DNA of 64,000 bases from Eledone cirrhosa (GCA_964016885.1 OZ024743.1:339822001-339886000), one strand, 5' to 3'; positions 37,610 through 51,581 are shown, counted from the first letter of the stretch. Made by a program: numbers and translations. The notes: a model not told the origin generated them from the sequence alone.

Positions 37610-38174
37610 CTTAAAAAAATAAACAAGAAAAAACTGTACATGATCATCATCATTTTTAATACCTGCTTTTCCATACTTGCATGAGTTGGATAAGTCCTCT
37701 TCCAATTCTAGTGAGGCAACTAAAAAAGCAGTTTTTAGCTAAGAATAAGCTATTATGTCTAGCATTCATTGATTTCGAGAAGGTTTTCGACAGTGTACCA
37801 CATTATATAGTCTGGTGGTATAATGATCTGACCATAAATAAAAGAACAAGTAATTAAAAGATAATGTTCAGGAAATGTAAAACAATTTAATAAGTGAAAA
37901 AGTATATTGGTATCTTAATGTCTTTCAAGCTGTAACTAGGTAGCAACTGTGGCTGTAGGTTAACCCTTTCATTAGCATATTTCTAATGAAAGACATTGTC
38001 TTTGATTTTCAAATCATTTTGAAAATAATCAAGAATTTAGAAGGATTTAGTAGTATAAAAAACGTTTTAATTATTAAGCTAGTGTTTGGAACATAACTTA
38101 ACAAAGGTTCTTACAAAATATTCTGATGGAAAGTTTTTAGATTAACATAGATACTTTAAAATGGATGGTTTTAT

Positions 38175-38820
38175 AATAATAATAATAATAATAATGAAAT
38201 TATTGTGTACAGTGCTCAGGTGCACTACAACTCATCAAAGGTGCATGTATAGTACATAGAATAATGTACAAATGTCAGGAAAATAAACAGTGTATGAGTC
38301 ATGATATAATAACAATAACAATAATGAAATATTGTGTACAGTGCCCAGGTGCACCACAACTCATCAAAAAAGTGCATGTACAGTACATAGGGCAATGCAC
38401 AAACATCAGTAAAATGAACAGTGCACGAGTCATGATACACACATGTGTGCATGTGTATGGAAGGGGTACATCAGGTGTAGTTTTGGCGTATTTCGGGAAG
38501 CATGAGTGTCTTAAAGGATGCAGTGTCTCGGCAGCTAACAATTGACGCAGGCAGTTTGTTCCATGCTTCAGCAACTCTGAGCGTGAAAAAATGTCTGCGA
38601 AAGTCATGGGAGCTGTGCTGTTTTCTTATCTTGTAGGCATGTCCACGTGTGTTAGACACATGGAGATCAAAGAGGCGCTCAGGGTTGCAGTTGGCGAGAT
38701 GGTTAAAAACCTTGTGGGTATTCACCAAGTCCATTGCCAGACGTCGGAGCTTCAATGAATCCATGCCCAGGGAAGCAAGGCGTTCAGAGTACGGTAGGTG
38801 TCTGATGGAGGGTATGCGCT
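38175..38820 (-). mobile_element. CR1-type LINE 3' fragment with duplicated tail
   Basis: LKLRRLAMDLVNTHKV...FFTLRVAEAWNKLP. The 3' UTR/tail segment occurs twice (about 38175-38305 and 38310-38430). Confidence 0.85.
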
Positions 38821-40855
38821 TGTATCATAGAACCAAGGGTTGGCTTAAGCAGGTTAGTATCTGAAGGTTAATCGAGTCCATTTTTTAAACTTTTTGTATT
38901 TTTGTACTCAGGGTGATCTGTATTGTATTGTAGAATCATTTGTGGTTTGGTATCAAGAGATTTAAAAAATTAATTTTTCATGATCCTAGTTTCATATGGC
39001 ATTAAATGACTGAGAGCCCAACACTTTCTTTTGGATAGGACACAGGTCTGTTGTAAAACTAAGTCACAGCTGCTGCTGCTGCTGGTACTTATTGTTTTAG
39101 CTCAGTGGACCAGAATAAAGTGAAATGAAGTGTCTTGTTCATGGACACAATGCTCTTTATAATCAGAAGCTCAATACCTTTAACTACTAAGTCATGCATC
39201 TTCACATATTCGAGTAGATGCTTCCTACACAAATGAACTATATAGTAGCGTGGATATTAATATCTCTGATATAATAAACTAAAAAAAAAAATTAATAATT
39301 AAAATACATTTTCAGTTATGAGAACAAACACTTTTTAATGACAAATTAAAAAAAAATTGACATGGGTGAGACATCCCCCAAACATCAAAAGCATTATTTA
39401 ACCATTACTGAAAATTTTAGCTGACTAGAGAAGTATATAGGATTTTTGTGAATGACCTATAATTTGAAAAGCTAATGAGTCCTTTTATGCAACTGTTCAA
39501 TCTGCTAGTAATAGAAATCAAATTTCTCTCAAATCATATCCTACCATAAAGAAAAGCAGAGATACACTGAACAGTTTAAACTTAGATATACAAATAGACA
39601 AAATAGTCATGACTAGGTCCTTAAAAGGTCAGTGACATAACACAACCACCCTATCTTCTGTCTAACTTACATATATTTAAAAAAAAAGTAAATATTGGCC
39701 CATATACAAAATGTTTATGTATAATAAATATACATTTAGTTTCATAGTGAGTATTCTATGATGTGATCATATCACAGCTATCTTTGTATTGGTGTAAGAA
39801 TGGCATATATATGTATTTCAGAGTTATTATTCATAGTCAGCATTTACTTATTTACTCTGAAATACTGAAAGATGGTAGTGGAGGTGTGTGGCCTAGTGTT
39901 GAACTTATAATCATATTGGCATGGGTTCAATTCCTAGACTGGGTCGTCTGTTGTATTGTTGGGCAAAACACTTCATGTCACATTGCTCCAGTATACTCAG
40001 CTGGAAATGAGTATCAGCAATAGCTAGAGGTTTAACCCTATGATGGATTGGCATTCTGTCCAGGGGGAAGTTTATACTCTCAGTTGTTTCAGGTGATGAA
40101 AACCAGGGCCTGATGAGCCTCCAGGCTCGAGACAGACTTCAAACTTTAGACTGAAAGACAGTAAAGTCATAGACTTTGTAAACAAACTATACTTGATGAA
40201 AGCTTATTTACATATATGTGCAGCTTGATTGGTTAGTATTAATTAGCTTAACATTAACACAGCATGATTCAGAACAAAGCATATATGAACCCATATAAGA
40301 TATGTTTATGAATAATAAACACATAGCATCTTGCTGTAAATATTTTAAGCAGTGATCATATCACAGCTACCTTGGTATTGGTGTAAGAGTGGTATATACA
40401 TGTATGTCAGAGTTATTAAGCACTTACATTGAGATACTGAGGTATGAAAAACAGGAAAGTTTTGCAGATTTTGTAAATACTCTAAATAGTCAAAAGACCA
40501 GAGAAAAAGACAAATGAGAATATTTGAGGTATTCAATCTCTGAAGCCTGCTCCCCCAACCATGATTTAAAAAGATACATTTATATTTTTGACACCTGGTT
40601 CACATACACACATCTAAAACTATGGTTGTCACTTGCAATTGAGTATGACTTGGTATATACCATGCTTTCACTAAGGATTTTGGGAGTTCATGCAGTAGAC
40701 ATAGACATCTTTTTGACCCTCTTTCCTTTGATCCCATAGATCATAATAATAATAATGAAAATTGAGTACAGTGCTTAGGTGCACTACAACTCATCAAAAG
40801 TGCATGTATAGTACATAGAATAATGTACAAATGTCAGGAAAGTGAACAGTATATG

Positions 40856-41200
40856 AGGCACATGGCTTAGTGGTTAGAGCATTGGCCTTGCAATCGAAAG
40901 GTTGTGAGTTCAAATCTCAGACCGGGTGATGTGTTGTTTCCTTGAGCAAGACACTTTATTTCACATTGCTCCAGTTTACTCAGCTGTAGAAATGAGATGA
41001 TAGGGACTGGGGTCTATATCATTCCACTGCAAAGTAGTCGTGGAGGCGCCACGGCAAAAAAGCACCCAGCACTCACTGTAAATGAGGTTGGTGTTAGGAA
41101 GGGCATCCAGCTGTAGAAATCAAGCCAGAATCAGTTCCCGTCCCACCCTTGCAAGCAGGGAAAAAGCGGACGTAAAATGAAATGATGATAATGATGATGA
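40856..41200 (+). mobile_element. Composite SINE: tRNA head, CORE-like domain, RTE-derived 3' tail
   Basis: GGCACATGGCTTAGTGGTTAGAGC..GAGTTCAAATC, CCTTGAGCAAGACACTTTA, and tail CCCACCCTTGCAAGCAGGGAAAAAGCGGACGTAAAATGA matching the RTE end at 17636-17684. Confidence 0.8.
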
Positions 41201-41413
41201 CACACACACATGCGTGTGCACTAGGCTGGTACTTTCTTTATCGGACCTGAGAAGATGAAAGGTAAAGTGGACTGTGGCAGGATTTCAACTCAGAGTGCAA
41301 TGAGCTGGAATAAATATCCAATGCTGTAAATACAATGTCAAATTGATTAAAGTGTCTAAAAAGAAGATAATTTGGAAAAATTATATAAAAGAAAAATAGC
41401 AAATAAAACTCAC

Positions 41414-41506
41414 TTGATGTTGCCAGCTTGGATCATTGTTTAATTGTTTCTCACTTAAACTGAGTTTTTCAGTTAATTTTTCTTTTTCATTCAGAACACC
41501 AATTGC
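41414..41506 (-). CDS. LZTFL1: LZTFL1 coding exon 6 (AIGVLNEKEKLTEKLSLSEKQLNNDPSWQHQ)
   Basis: CAG/GTGAGT boundaries; aligns to human ATNALDEKSKLEKAL. Confidence 0.85.
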
Positions 41507-41683
41507 CTGTAAATGTTATCAAATGTAATATTAACTTGTTTATTACTATATTTTTAACTAAAACACATTTCCATGAGTTTCAATTAGATTCTAAAGTTTT
41601 GTGAATTTAGATTGGCTTCGTAAAAATAACCATAACATTTTGATTTATTGATATATTAAAGTAGTTTTGGGAACACAACTTAA

Positions 41684-41892
41684 CCCTTTAGCATTTACAT
41701 TACTCTATATTTACTATTGTATTTTCATGGTAAAGGCTTTACCTCACATAATATCGAATCTGTGAGATTTTGATATTATTTTATTTTGAGAACAATACCT
41801 TAATATATATATGAGTGGCCGGTTACAACCAGTTTGAACAGAAAGAGGTCAGAGAATTCTGGTTGGATACGGCTGGTTTAAATGCTAAAGGG
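41684..41892. mobile_element. piggyBac-type MITE
   Basis: TTAA-CCCTTTAGCATTTA ... TAAATGCTAAAGGG-TTAA (14-bp TIRs, TTAA TSD). Confidence 0.8.
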
Positions 41893-42594
41893 TTAACAAA
41901 TGGTTCTTCAATACAGCTATTATTATGGAATTTATCTCAAAACTACTCTAATTACAATAAAGTATAGGTAAAAATCTGAAATATAAAGTTATTTAAATTT
42001 TGTTTAAATATTATCATGTTATTAGCCAATATTACATACAATACGTTGTAGTGCACCTGAGCACTGTACACAATAATTTCATTATTATTAAATTATAAGA
42101 GCGGTATCTATTTTTAGCTAGACAACTGAAAGTTATCTCATCATCATCGTTTTTACATTTGCTTCTTCATTCTGACATGAACTGGACGAAATATTTTTGG
42201 GACAGTTTTTCTATGATTGGATGCCCTTCTTGATGTGAACCCATACTTTATTATTTCTAAGTATGGTATATATTGCTGATGTTTAGCAAACCACTAAGCA
42301 GTAAGACATTGTTTATAAGACATAAACAACATCTCTATGGAGAAGCCCACAGTCACCAAGGGACACACATTTCAGGCATGCACACACCCACACACACACA
42401 CATATATATATATATATCACCATGATCATTTTATGTCCACTTTCCATGTTGTCATGGTCCAAGACTAGACAGGTTGGCGACCTCAGCTTGCTCTCACACT
42501 TTAATCACCAGTATCATAAACCAAGTAATACAAAATGGTGCCTATATATACCCAACGACTGATGTAGCAGCATCATTGTTAACTGTTACAAGGG

Positions 42595-44600
42595 CAAAAG
42601 TGATGCACTAGACAGAGGAAACTAACGAGGCATGAAGTTGATGGACCAAGTCATGAAAGTGACAGAAAGAGTCATTGTACAACTGCTTAGGGATTGAATT
42701 AACCAAGATGAGATGTTTGGATTTGCGTCAGGTAAAAGTACCACGGATGCCCTCTTCCTTGTGGAGCAGGAGAAACACCTAGCTCTACTTGTCATTTGTT
42801 GATATGGAGAGAGCATTTGACAGGGTTCCCTGTTCTGTAATCTGGTGGGCACAAAGGAAACTAGGAGTACATGAGTAGCTTGAGAGGGCAGTACAAGCCA
42901 TGTGCAGAAGTGCAGTCAGCAAGGTTACAATTAATGACTATCATGAGGAGTTCAGCATGCAAGCTGGGGTTCACCAGAGGTCAGTTCTTAGTTTTCTCCT
43001 GTTTATTATCATCTTCCAGGCTATAACATAAGAGTTTAGAACAGGATACCCATGGGAATTCCTGTATGCTGATGATATAACTGTCATAGCTGAATCCATG
43101 ACAAAACTAAAGAAAAAATTCCTGACTGGAATCAAAAGGTCTTAAAGTCAATGAGGCAAAGACTAAAGTCCTAGTAAGTAGAAAGGAAAACAAGGTGCTG
43201 ATCCCTTCAGGCAAATGACCCTACTCAGTGTGTAGGAAAGGGGTGGGTAAAAATGTCCTCCTTTGTCCCAAATGCAAACTGTGGGTACACAAGAGACGTA
43301 GTGGAATCTCAGGCAGGCTAGCAAAGAAAGTAGGTTTTACATGTGGTCTATAGGAGCAGTAAGAAGAAAGCACTCACAGGAAGCTCTATTACATTCTTAG
43401 AGAGTGCTATAGAAGCAGTTGACAGCTTCTGTTACCTAGGTGACCAAATTAGCAGTAGTGGTGGGTGTTCTAAAAGTAGAGTAACCAGAGTGAGAACAGG
43501 ATGGAGACATCTCAGGCAGCTACTATCTTTGCTAGCTACAAAAGGTTTTTCCGTCAAAATGAAGGGCAGATTGTATGATGTGTGTATATGAATAGCAATG
43601 CTTCATGGTAGTGGGACCTGGGCACTGTGTGCAGAGGGATTACAAAGAATGGAAAGAAATGAAGCTTGCATGCTCTGATGAATATGTAACAGTAATATAC
43701 ATACTCTATCTAACCCATTTTTCCATGCTAAAATGGGTTAGACTAAACGATGATGATGATGAATGGCAAAGCATAAATGAACTGATAGAGAAACTGGGCA
43801 CGAGAGGGATCAGTTGCAGTGGACAGGAGAGGAAATTGCAGTGATATGGTTATGCGATGTGTATGAAAGATGTCAGCTGTATAAAAAGGTGCAGGATGCT
43901 CCTCAAAGTTATGGAAGAGGAGGATCTAAGAAAGCTTGGGATGAGGTGATAAAAGCTAACCTCAGACAATTGCACCTTGCAAAGGCGATGACACAGGATC
44001 AAGATCACTGGCGTTATGCAGTACTGTAGAAGACTCATCTACCTGTGTGCACGGGATGACACAAACATCTTGTGGTCTCTTAACACTTCACACTTCACCA
44101 GCCAAGTACCTCCCACCCAACATATATGCACCCACCCCCATTCCACATCTGATGCAACACTCTTCACCAACCCATGCATACAAGCATGGAAAGCTGGACA
44201 TGTTCTCCTACAGTATTACTGAAATGGCTAAAAGCTCTGTCACCCTGTAAGGTGGTCATGTTAGTGATACGGCAAAAAACACCAGTCCATCTTGTAAAGT
44301 GGTCGTACTGGTAGCCTGACAGAAGGCGCCTATCCACCCTCTGGAGTCGTTGGGTTGGTGATATGACAAAAAGAACCTAAACTGCCCTATAAGGTGGTCG
44401 TGTTGATGACACGACAACAAACACCTAATCCAACCTGTCAGATGGTTGTGTTGGTGTCACCACAAAAAGTGCCCAGTCCACACTGTAAAGTGGTTATCTT
44501 GGTGCCCCAGTAAAAAGCACCCAGTCCATGTTGTAAATGTGGTTGGCATTAGGAAGGGCATCTGATCTGACTTTTCTCACAACAGGAAATGTCTAACCCA
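42595..44600 (+). mobile_element. Degenerate RTE LINE (RT, PHD, 3' UTR)
   Basis: YRGMKLMDQVMKV, YADD, WVHKR, FCYLGDQISS and MLHGS motifs with many lesions. Confidence 0.8.
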
Positions 44601-44657
44601 AGCTACTGTGTGTATATATACATATATACACACACACACACACATATATATATATGA

Positions 44658-45060
44658 AGGCGCATGGCTTAGTGGTTAGAGCATTGGGCTTGCAATCGAA
44701 AGGTTGTGAGTTCAATTCTCGGACCGGGTAATGTGTTGTTTCCTTGAGCAAGACACTTTATTTCACATTGCTCCAGTTTACTCAGCTGTAGAAATGAGAT
44801 GATAGGACTGGGGTCCCTATCATTCCACTGCAAAGTGGTCGTGGAGGTGCCACGGCAAAAAAGTACCCAGCACTCACTGTAAATGAGGTTGGTGTTAGGA
44901 AGAGCATCCAGCTGTAGAAATCAAGCCAGAATCAGTTCCTGTATGAGCAAGACAAAGTCAGCCGACCGGACACTGTCCACAACAGCACAACCCGTCTAAC
45001 CCATGCTAGCGTGGAAGAACGGACGTAAAACGGTGATGGTGATGATGATGATGATGATGA
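44658..45060 (+). mobile_element. Composite SINE (same body as 40856) with an alternative RTE tail
   Basis: Body nearly identical to 40856-41138, then diverges into ...CTAACCCATGCTAGCGTGGAAGAACGGACGTAAAACGGTGATG. Confidence 0.8.
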
Positions 45061-45679
45061 TATATATATATACACACACATCATATCCCTGTGTGTTGTA
45101 AGAAGCGACAAAATGGGTTGGTGTCAGGAAGGGTATCTGACTGTAAAACATTGCCTCAAAAAGCCCCGTCCAACACTTGCCAGCATGAAAAGGTTGACAC
45201 AAAAATGATGATGCTATACTCAAAAGTAATGAATGAAATGAGGCTTCTTCCCATGGATTTCAGTTAGTGGGTCAACACATCAAGCTCACAACCACAGAAT
45301 TTAAAGAACTGAATACATACATACACATGTGAAGTGGTAGTGTTGCTGCCATGATAAAATGCATCCACTACACTCTATAAAGTAGCTGGGATTAAGAAGA
45401 GCATCCAGCTGTAGAAACTATAGCAAAATATGGAACAAATGTGCAAGACATGGTTATCTGATCATGTCTTATCTTAGACTATGCTGTTCAACCTATGCCT
45501 GCATGGAAAAATGGATGTAAAATGATGATCCTTCACTTTAGTCTCCCCACTCATCCCATTGATTTGGCTCCTCCCTTACTATTTAAATTTCTTTCCCCTA
45601 CTCCTCATTCCTTATCCAATCCATTCCAGCATAGAAAGATAGATGCACCACTCAATGTACTGCTAGATATCACTCAATC

Positions 45680-47620
45680 TCTTCAAGCCTGGAAAAATGG
45701 GGGTAGCAGAGACCGGTATCAAATAGTTAAGTAAGAGGTTAGGCGACAGTAATACACAGCTCGGAGAGAGTCTGAAGAAAGTAAATTTGCCAATGTCATG
45801 AGGAGTAAGGATCAGAAATGTGAAGTGTTCTATATTGCAATGCAGTGTGTTAGTGTGAATCAAGATGCTGTTGGGCAAATATGTGCTAGAAATGACACTG
45901 GTGCACTTAGCACTACTGCTACCCAAAAGAAAAGAGGCCTGGAAATGTTAGTATGAGAGATTGATAAATGTAGAGAATGAATGAGCGGAAGAGAAACTAT
46001 CTCCAACTTTCCAAGGGAAGGACAAGCTATTGAAATTGACAGTTTTAGGGTCAAAGACATAATCGAGGAGATGAAGAATGGTGAAGCTGTGGGAGCATCA
46101 GAAATAGGTGCTGAGATACTAAAAGCATTGGGAGAGGTAGGAGTCAAACTAGTAACTTATATAGTAAATCAAGTCATATCCAATGATTGGTACAGCAGTA
46201 CAATCATAAATTGCTATAAGGGTAGTGCTCTAGAAAGGAGCAACTATAGAGAAATAAAACTAATGGACCAAGTTATGAAAGTGACACAAAGAGTTATAGT
46301 GCAGCTAATTAGGGAAAGAGTCAAAATAGACGAGATGCAGTTTGGTTCATGCCTGGGAAAAGTAGCACAGATGCCCTCATCTTAGTGAGGCAACTACAAG
46401 AGAAGTTCCTAGCCAAAAATAAGCCACAATATCTAGCTTTTGTTGATTTAGGGAAAGCCTTTGACAGAGTACTTCGATCTATTATCTGATGGTCCTTAAG
46501 GAAATTAGGTGTAGAAGAATGGCTTGAGAGAGCAGTGTAAGCTATGTACAGAGGAACTGTCAGTAAAGAGAGAGTAGGAAATGAGTTTAGTGAGAAATTC
46601 AAGGTGCAGGTAGGAGTTCATCAAGGTTCAATTTTTAGCCCACTACTATTCATTACAGTCCTCCAGACTATAACAGAGGAGTTTAAGACCGGCTGCCCAT
46701 AGGAACTTCTCTATGCAGATGATTTGGTCCTTATAGCCGAAACCAAAAAAGAACTAGAAAATAAATTCCGATGATGGAAACTGAATTTGGAATCAAAAGG
46801 TCTGAGAATAAACTTAGTCAAAACTAAAGTGCTAGTGAGTAGGAAAGAAGATAGGAAGTGGCCATGCTCAATATGCAGAAAAGAAGTAGGCATAAACTCC
46901 ACACAATATACACAATGTAAATCTTGAGTACACAAAAGATGTAGTGGGATAACGAGTAGACTAACAGGAAAGGAGAACTTTGCTTGTAGAAGATGCACAG
47001 GAGAAATCGAGAGGAAGAGAGCCAATGATATAAACCTTTTCCAGTCACAGAAAGGACCTACAGACGTGGTTGATAGCTTCTGCTATCTAGGTGACCTAAT
47101 TATCAGCAGAGGAGGGTGTATAAAAGATAGAATAAGGATAGGATGGAAGAAGTTTAGAGAACTACTCTTACTGCTGTACATACAAAAGGAAAGCTGCATG
47201 ATGCCTGTGTGTGGTGCGTAATGCTGTATGATAGTGAAACATGGGCTGTGACTGCAAAGGACATGAACAGACAGGAGAGAAATGAAGCAACCATGCTTCA
47301 TTGGAGGCGCGATATAAATGTGAGAGAAATGCAGAGCTTGGATCAGCTGGGTTTAAGGGGAATCTGGGGTGGTGGGCAGGAGAAAAAACTGTGTTGGCAT
47401 GGACAATGACCAATGGGTGAAGAAATGCCAGGAAATCCCAGTGGAAAGAAGTTGCAGTAGAGGACAACCAAGAAAGACCTGGGCAGTAAGAGCTGATCTC
47501 AAATTGTTAAGACTGGCAGAGATGACAAAGGAACATAACAAATGGAGAGATGCCATGCTGAGAAGCACCCATCCAACCCATGCAAGTATGGAAAAGCAGG
47601 CATAAAAACGATGATTATGA
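45680..47620 (+). mobile_element. Degenerate RTE LINE (RT, PHD, C-terminus)
   Basis: Colinear with 15650-17684 (MKNGEAVGASEI, KLMDQVMKV, YADD, GQPRKTW) but interrupted by many stops. Confidence 0.85.
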
Positions 47621-47983
47621 TATATATATATATATATATATATAGTATTAAGGATACTATTTATGGTTATGTATATACTAAAACCTTTTATAGTTATATA
47701 TATTTTAAACCCTAAACAGTGAAAGACAGTAATTTATTACCATCTTATTACCAGTAAGATAAATAGCTCAATGTAATAACATCAGTTTCTATATATATAT
47801 ATATATATATATTCTTGATTATACAATGAAAAGATCACTAAACACTTTGGTGTTTACTGACATTTTAAACCTATGTTAATATAATTCAAACTAGTAGTAT
47901 GGACATACATTCATATAGGGGCCTGTCCTGATATTCTTTGAGAAACATTTTCAGATATTTAGAAAACAAAATATGCTACATAC

Positions 47984-48049
47984 CTGGCTTTCAATTTGCA
48001 ATAATTTCTGTTTCAATCGAGTATTATCTTCTTCTAATTCAGTAATACG
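47984..48049 (-). CDS. LZTFL1: LZTFL1 coding exon 5 (RITELEEDNTRLKQKLLQIESQ)
   Basis: CAG/GTATGT boundaries; aligns to human EILRLQEENEKLKSRLKTIEIQ. Confidence 0.9.
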
Positions 48050-48395
48050 CTGAAAATATAAGAATTGAATTACCAATGAAATATGATACTCCAGTTGCAT
48101 CAAGGACATAACCTCTATAGTGTTGGTGACATGATAAAATGCACCCAGTACACCTGAATTTAAATGAGTAGGTAGTGATGTCTGTATGTAGTTCAATATT
48201 ATATAATGGTGAGACATGGGTATTGAATGTGGAGGATATGCAAAGTCTAGAAAGAAATGAATCAAGCATGCTTAGTCGAATATGTAATATTAGTGTGCAT
48301 GAATGACAAACCATGGAAATGAGAGAAAAACTGGGTATAAGAGGAATCAGATTTAGTGTACAAGAAAGAAGACTGCATTGGTATAGGCGTGTAAT

Positions 48396-49780
48396 CATCA
48401 TCATCATCATCATCGTTTAACGTCCGTGTTCCACGCTTGCATGGGTTTGGACGGAGGGTTTTCCCACTTGAGGCAAGAGTGGTTATCTTGCTCGCATAGG
48501 ACTATCTGGCGGGTTTTCTACAGCTGGATGCCCTTCCTAACACCAACCACATTTACAGTGTGGGGCTGGGAGGTTTTTACCGTGTTGCCTACACGGCCAC
48601 ATTACAGCGTGAACTGTGTGTTTTTTGACGTGACACCTACACGATCTCATTTGTTTCGGCCTGGATGTTGTGGCACCAACATAACTTTACATTGAAGGGG
48701 CGGTGTGGATGGGGTGGGGGTGGTGGGACGGGGGTGTATTTTGTTAGAGATGCCTACTGACTGTAGTAGGTTTTACTTTGTACTTAGGTAAGGCGGGTCT
48801 TCTCTATTACTGAGTACCGCCAAAGGTCTCGGTCCAGTGACATTGTCTTGGTGAGGTGTAAGTGTGTGAGGTCGGAATTTATCAGCTCGTCCCAGGTTTT
48901 CCTGGGTCTGCCTATTCCGTGGCTACCGTCTATCTTTATTGCCCTGCACTTTGTTATACAGCTATCGTTCTTCATGCGCATCACGTGACCATACCAACGT
49001 AGCCTTCTCTCGAGTAAACAACATCTGATCCCTCTTATTTCTAATTTTTTCCTTAGTTCATTTATGCTTTGCCGTTCACGTATATTACTATTACACATCC
49101 AGCGGAGCATGCAAGCTTCGTTTCTCTCTAGTCTGCGTATATCCTCTGCACACAATGCCCAGGTCTCACTGCCATGCAACATTGCTGTTCATATGCAGGC
49201 ATCGTACAACCTGCCTTTCATTTTTAGGGAGAACCCTTTAGCGGCTAATAGCGGTATAAGCTCTCTGAACTTTTTCCATCCAGTTCTGACTCTAGCTACT
49301 GTACTTTCAGAGCACCCTCCCCCACTGCTGATTTTGTCACCCAGGTAACGGAAGCTGTCCACTATTTCTATAGAACCCTCTGCGCAGTTGAAAGAGCTAG
49401 TATTTTTGGGGCACTTGCTGCTACTTATTGCCCCAGAACACCGGCCACATGTAAAATCTATGTTCTTAGTTAGCTTACCTGTGATCCCACTACATCTTTT
49501 ATGCACCCATACTTTGCATTTGAGACACAAAATGGAGTTTCTACCTACGCCTTTCCTACACACTGAGCATGGCCACTTCCCGGAGGGGACCGCCGCCTTA
49601 TTTTCTTTCTTACAAACTAGAACTTTAGTCTTAGCCAGGTTAATTTTAAGGCCTTTTTTGGAATTTCTTCTCTAGCTCGGCCATTGATTCAGCTATGAGC
49701 GTTAGATCATCTGCGTATAGGAGTTCCCATGGGCAGCCGGTCTTGAACTCCACTGTTATAGCCTGGAGGGCAATAATAAA
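48396..49780 (-). mobile_element. RTE LINE 3' part (YADD, PHD, C-terminus, 3' UTR, tail)
   Basis: FKTGCPWELLYADD, CRKGVGRNSILCLKCKVWVHKRC, MLHGSETWAL and an (ATC)n tail on the + strand. Confidence 0.9.
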
Positions 49781-50193
49781 TGCATATGGATAATGACAGT
49801 TAGGTGAAAAAATACCAAGTGGAAAGAAGCCATAGAAAAGGAAGACCAAAGAGTTGAGCAGAAATGGTAAATGCTACTTACAAGATACTGGACCTCACAA
49901 AAGAGATGACAAAAGCAAGAGACAAATGGGGTGAGAGGAGACTACACTGGAAAAGACTTGTCTAACCCATGCAAGCATGAAAAAGCAGACACAAAAATAA
50001 GGATGATGATAATGGTAAGTCATTTATCAATATGAACACTATATTATTGTGACAAGATCCCATACCACCATTGTCATCATCATCTGATAATATAGCTATA
50101 GTCTGTACAATGTTTGATTTTGAGGAAGAAATACTACACAAGTCTATAGATAATTATATTACATCACTTATTTTTTAAATAAAATACACATAC

Positions 50194-50317
50194 TATTTGA
50201 AGCAAATCAGAACCACCAGACTCATTCATTGGCATCAATTTTACTCTAACTGGAGAGTCTTTTTTCTTGCTTGAAAATTCTTGCTCCTCAAATAATTTAA
50301 TTTTTTCCAAAAGTTCT
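50194..50317 (-). CDS. LZTFL1: LZTFL1 coding exon 4 (ELLEKIKLFEEQEFSSKKKDSPVRVKLMPMNESGGSDLLQI)
   Basis: CAG/GTATGT boundaries; aligns to human ELLEQVAEFEKAEITSSNKK..KLAPLNEGGTAELL. Confidence 0.92.
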
Positions 50318-51386
50318 CTGAAAAATAATAGATAAATGCTTACATCAACAACAACGAACTCCATTTTCCCTCACCATTTTATCCTTCATAATCTTTAACC
50401 ATGCTTTTCTTGGTTTTCTCCTTCCTTTACCTCCTTCCACATTAATTTCCATCATTCCTCTCACTTAGTCACTTTCCTCTTTTCTCAACACATGACCCAG
50501 TCATCTCATTCCCTTTTTCTTCACAACATTCATCACTGGTTCTATTCTCATCATCATCATCCTTTAACATCCGTAATGATGATGGGAATCCTCCTTAATT
50601 CGTTGTTTAGCTTCCTCTCTCTGATCAATACTCTGCTCATCCACGGAATCTGAACCATTTTCATTTTTTCCCAGCCTTCTCTGTCTCACTCCCATAAATC
50701 ATGGTATTTCTCAAACAGGCAGCATATATTTTACTCTTCAATTTCTTATTAGTATGCCACTCAATTCTCAGAACCCTTTCCATAAACATCTCACTCTAGC
50801 CAGCATCAATAAGTTCAATCCACCTTCAACAATAACAAACAAAATAATTTTAATTTCAATTCAACTGAAATTGTGTAATCAGTCAGACTTATATTTTCTG
50901 AAGTATAATCCCCAAAGTTTGAATAGAATTGCAACTGTGAAAAAGTAACTATCAAATCTGTACAATGTAATACATTGAAAGGCAAAAGCTTTGTGTTTAA
51001 GAAGTTTGTTTCATAACCACATAGTTTGGGGTTAAGTCCATGATGCATAGCACCTTGGGTAAGTTTCTTCTACTTTAGCCTCAGGTTAGCCAATGCCTTG
51101 TTAGTGTATTTGATAGACTGAAACTGTAAGGAAGCTTATCATATATTTATATCATATGTATGTGTATATGTCAATTGCTTTAAACACTATATTGATATGG
51201 TTTTTAAAAAGCCACTGCTGACATCCCCCAATGAGCATCAGTATTATATACCACACTTATAAAATAGGTATGTGTTATTAGCATCAAGATGGGACATCTG
51301 TCTGTAGTAAACTTGCCTCAAAAAATTTTGTCCAACCCTTACAAGCATAAAAACAATGATGATGATAATGGTATAACAATACTTAC

Positions 51387-51581
51387 ACATTTTCAAGTTC
51401 AGATATATCAGCTTTCAATTTCAAGTGCCAGTTTTCTGATTGCTGAAACATTTGTCGTAGAAGCAATATATTGGTATGAGCCATATTAATCAGTTCTGAC
51501 TCCATATCACCTCTTATAACTTGAAGCAGTCCATCTAACAATTCTTCAACTTCATAATTAGTATAGGTATCTTCACCAAGC
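51387..51581 (-). CDS. LZTFL1: LZTFL1 coding exon 3 (LGEDTYTNYEVEELLDGLLQVIRGDMESELINMAHTNILLLRQMFQQSENWHLKLKADISELEN)
   Basis: TAG/GTAAGT boundaries; strong match to human LVEDTFTIDEV...ESELINTAYTNVLLLRQLFAQAEKWYLKLQTDISELEN. Confidence 0.95.

Noticed and set aside
40108-40140. CTGATGA-GCC-TCCA-GGC-TCGAGAC as a hammerhead
   Set aside because: There is no GAAA after stem II and no stem I/III. It is the terminal hairpin of a CORE-type SINE.
44658-44730. tRNA gene
   Set aside because: It has A/B boxes but no proper acceptor stem, continues into a SINE body and occurs in many diverged copies.
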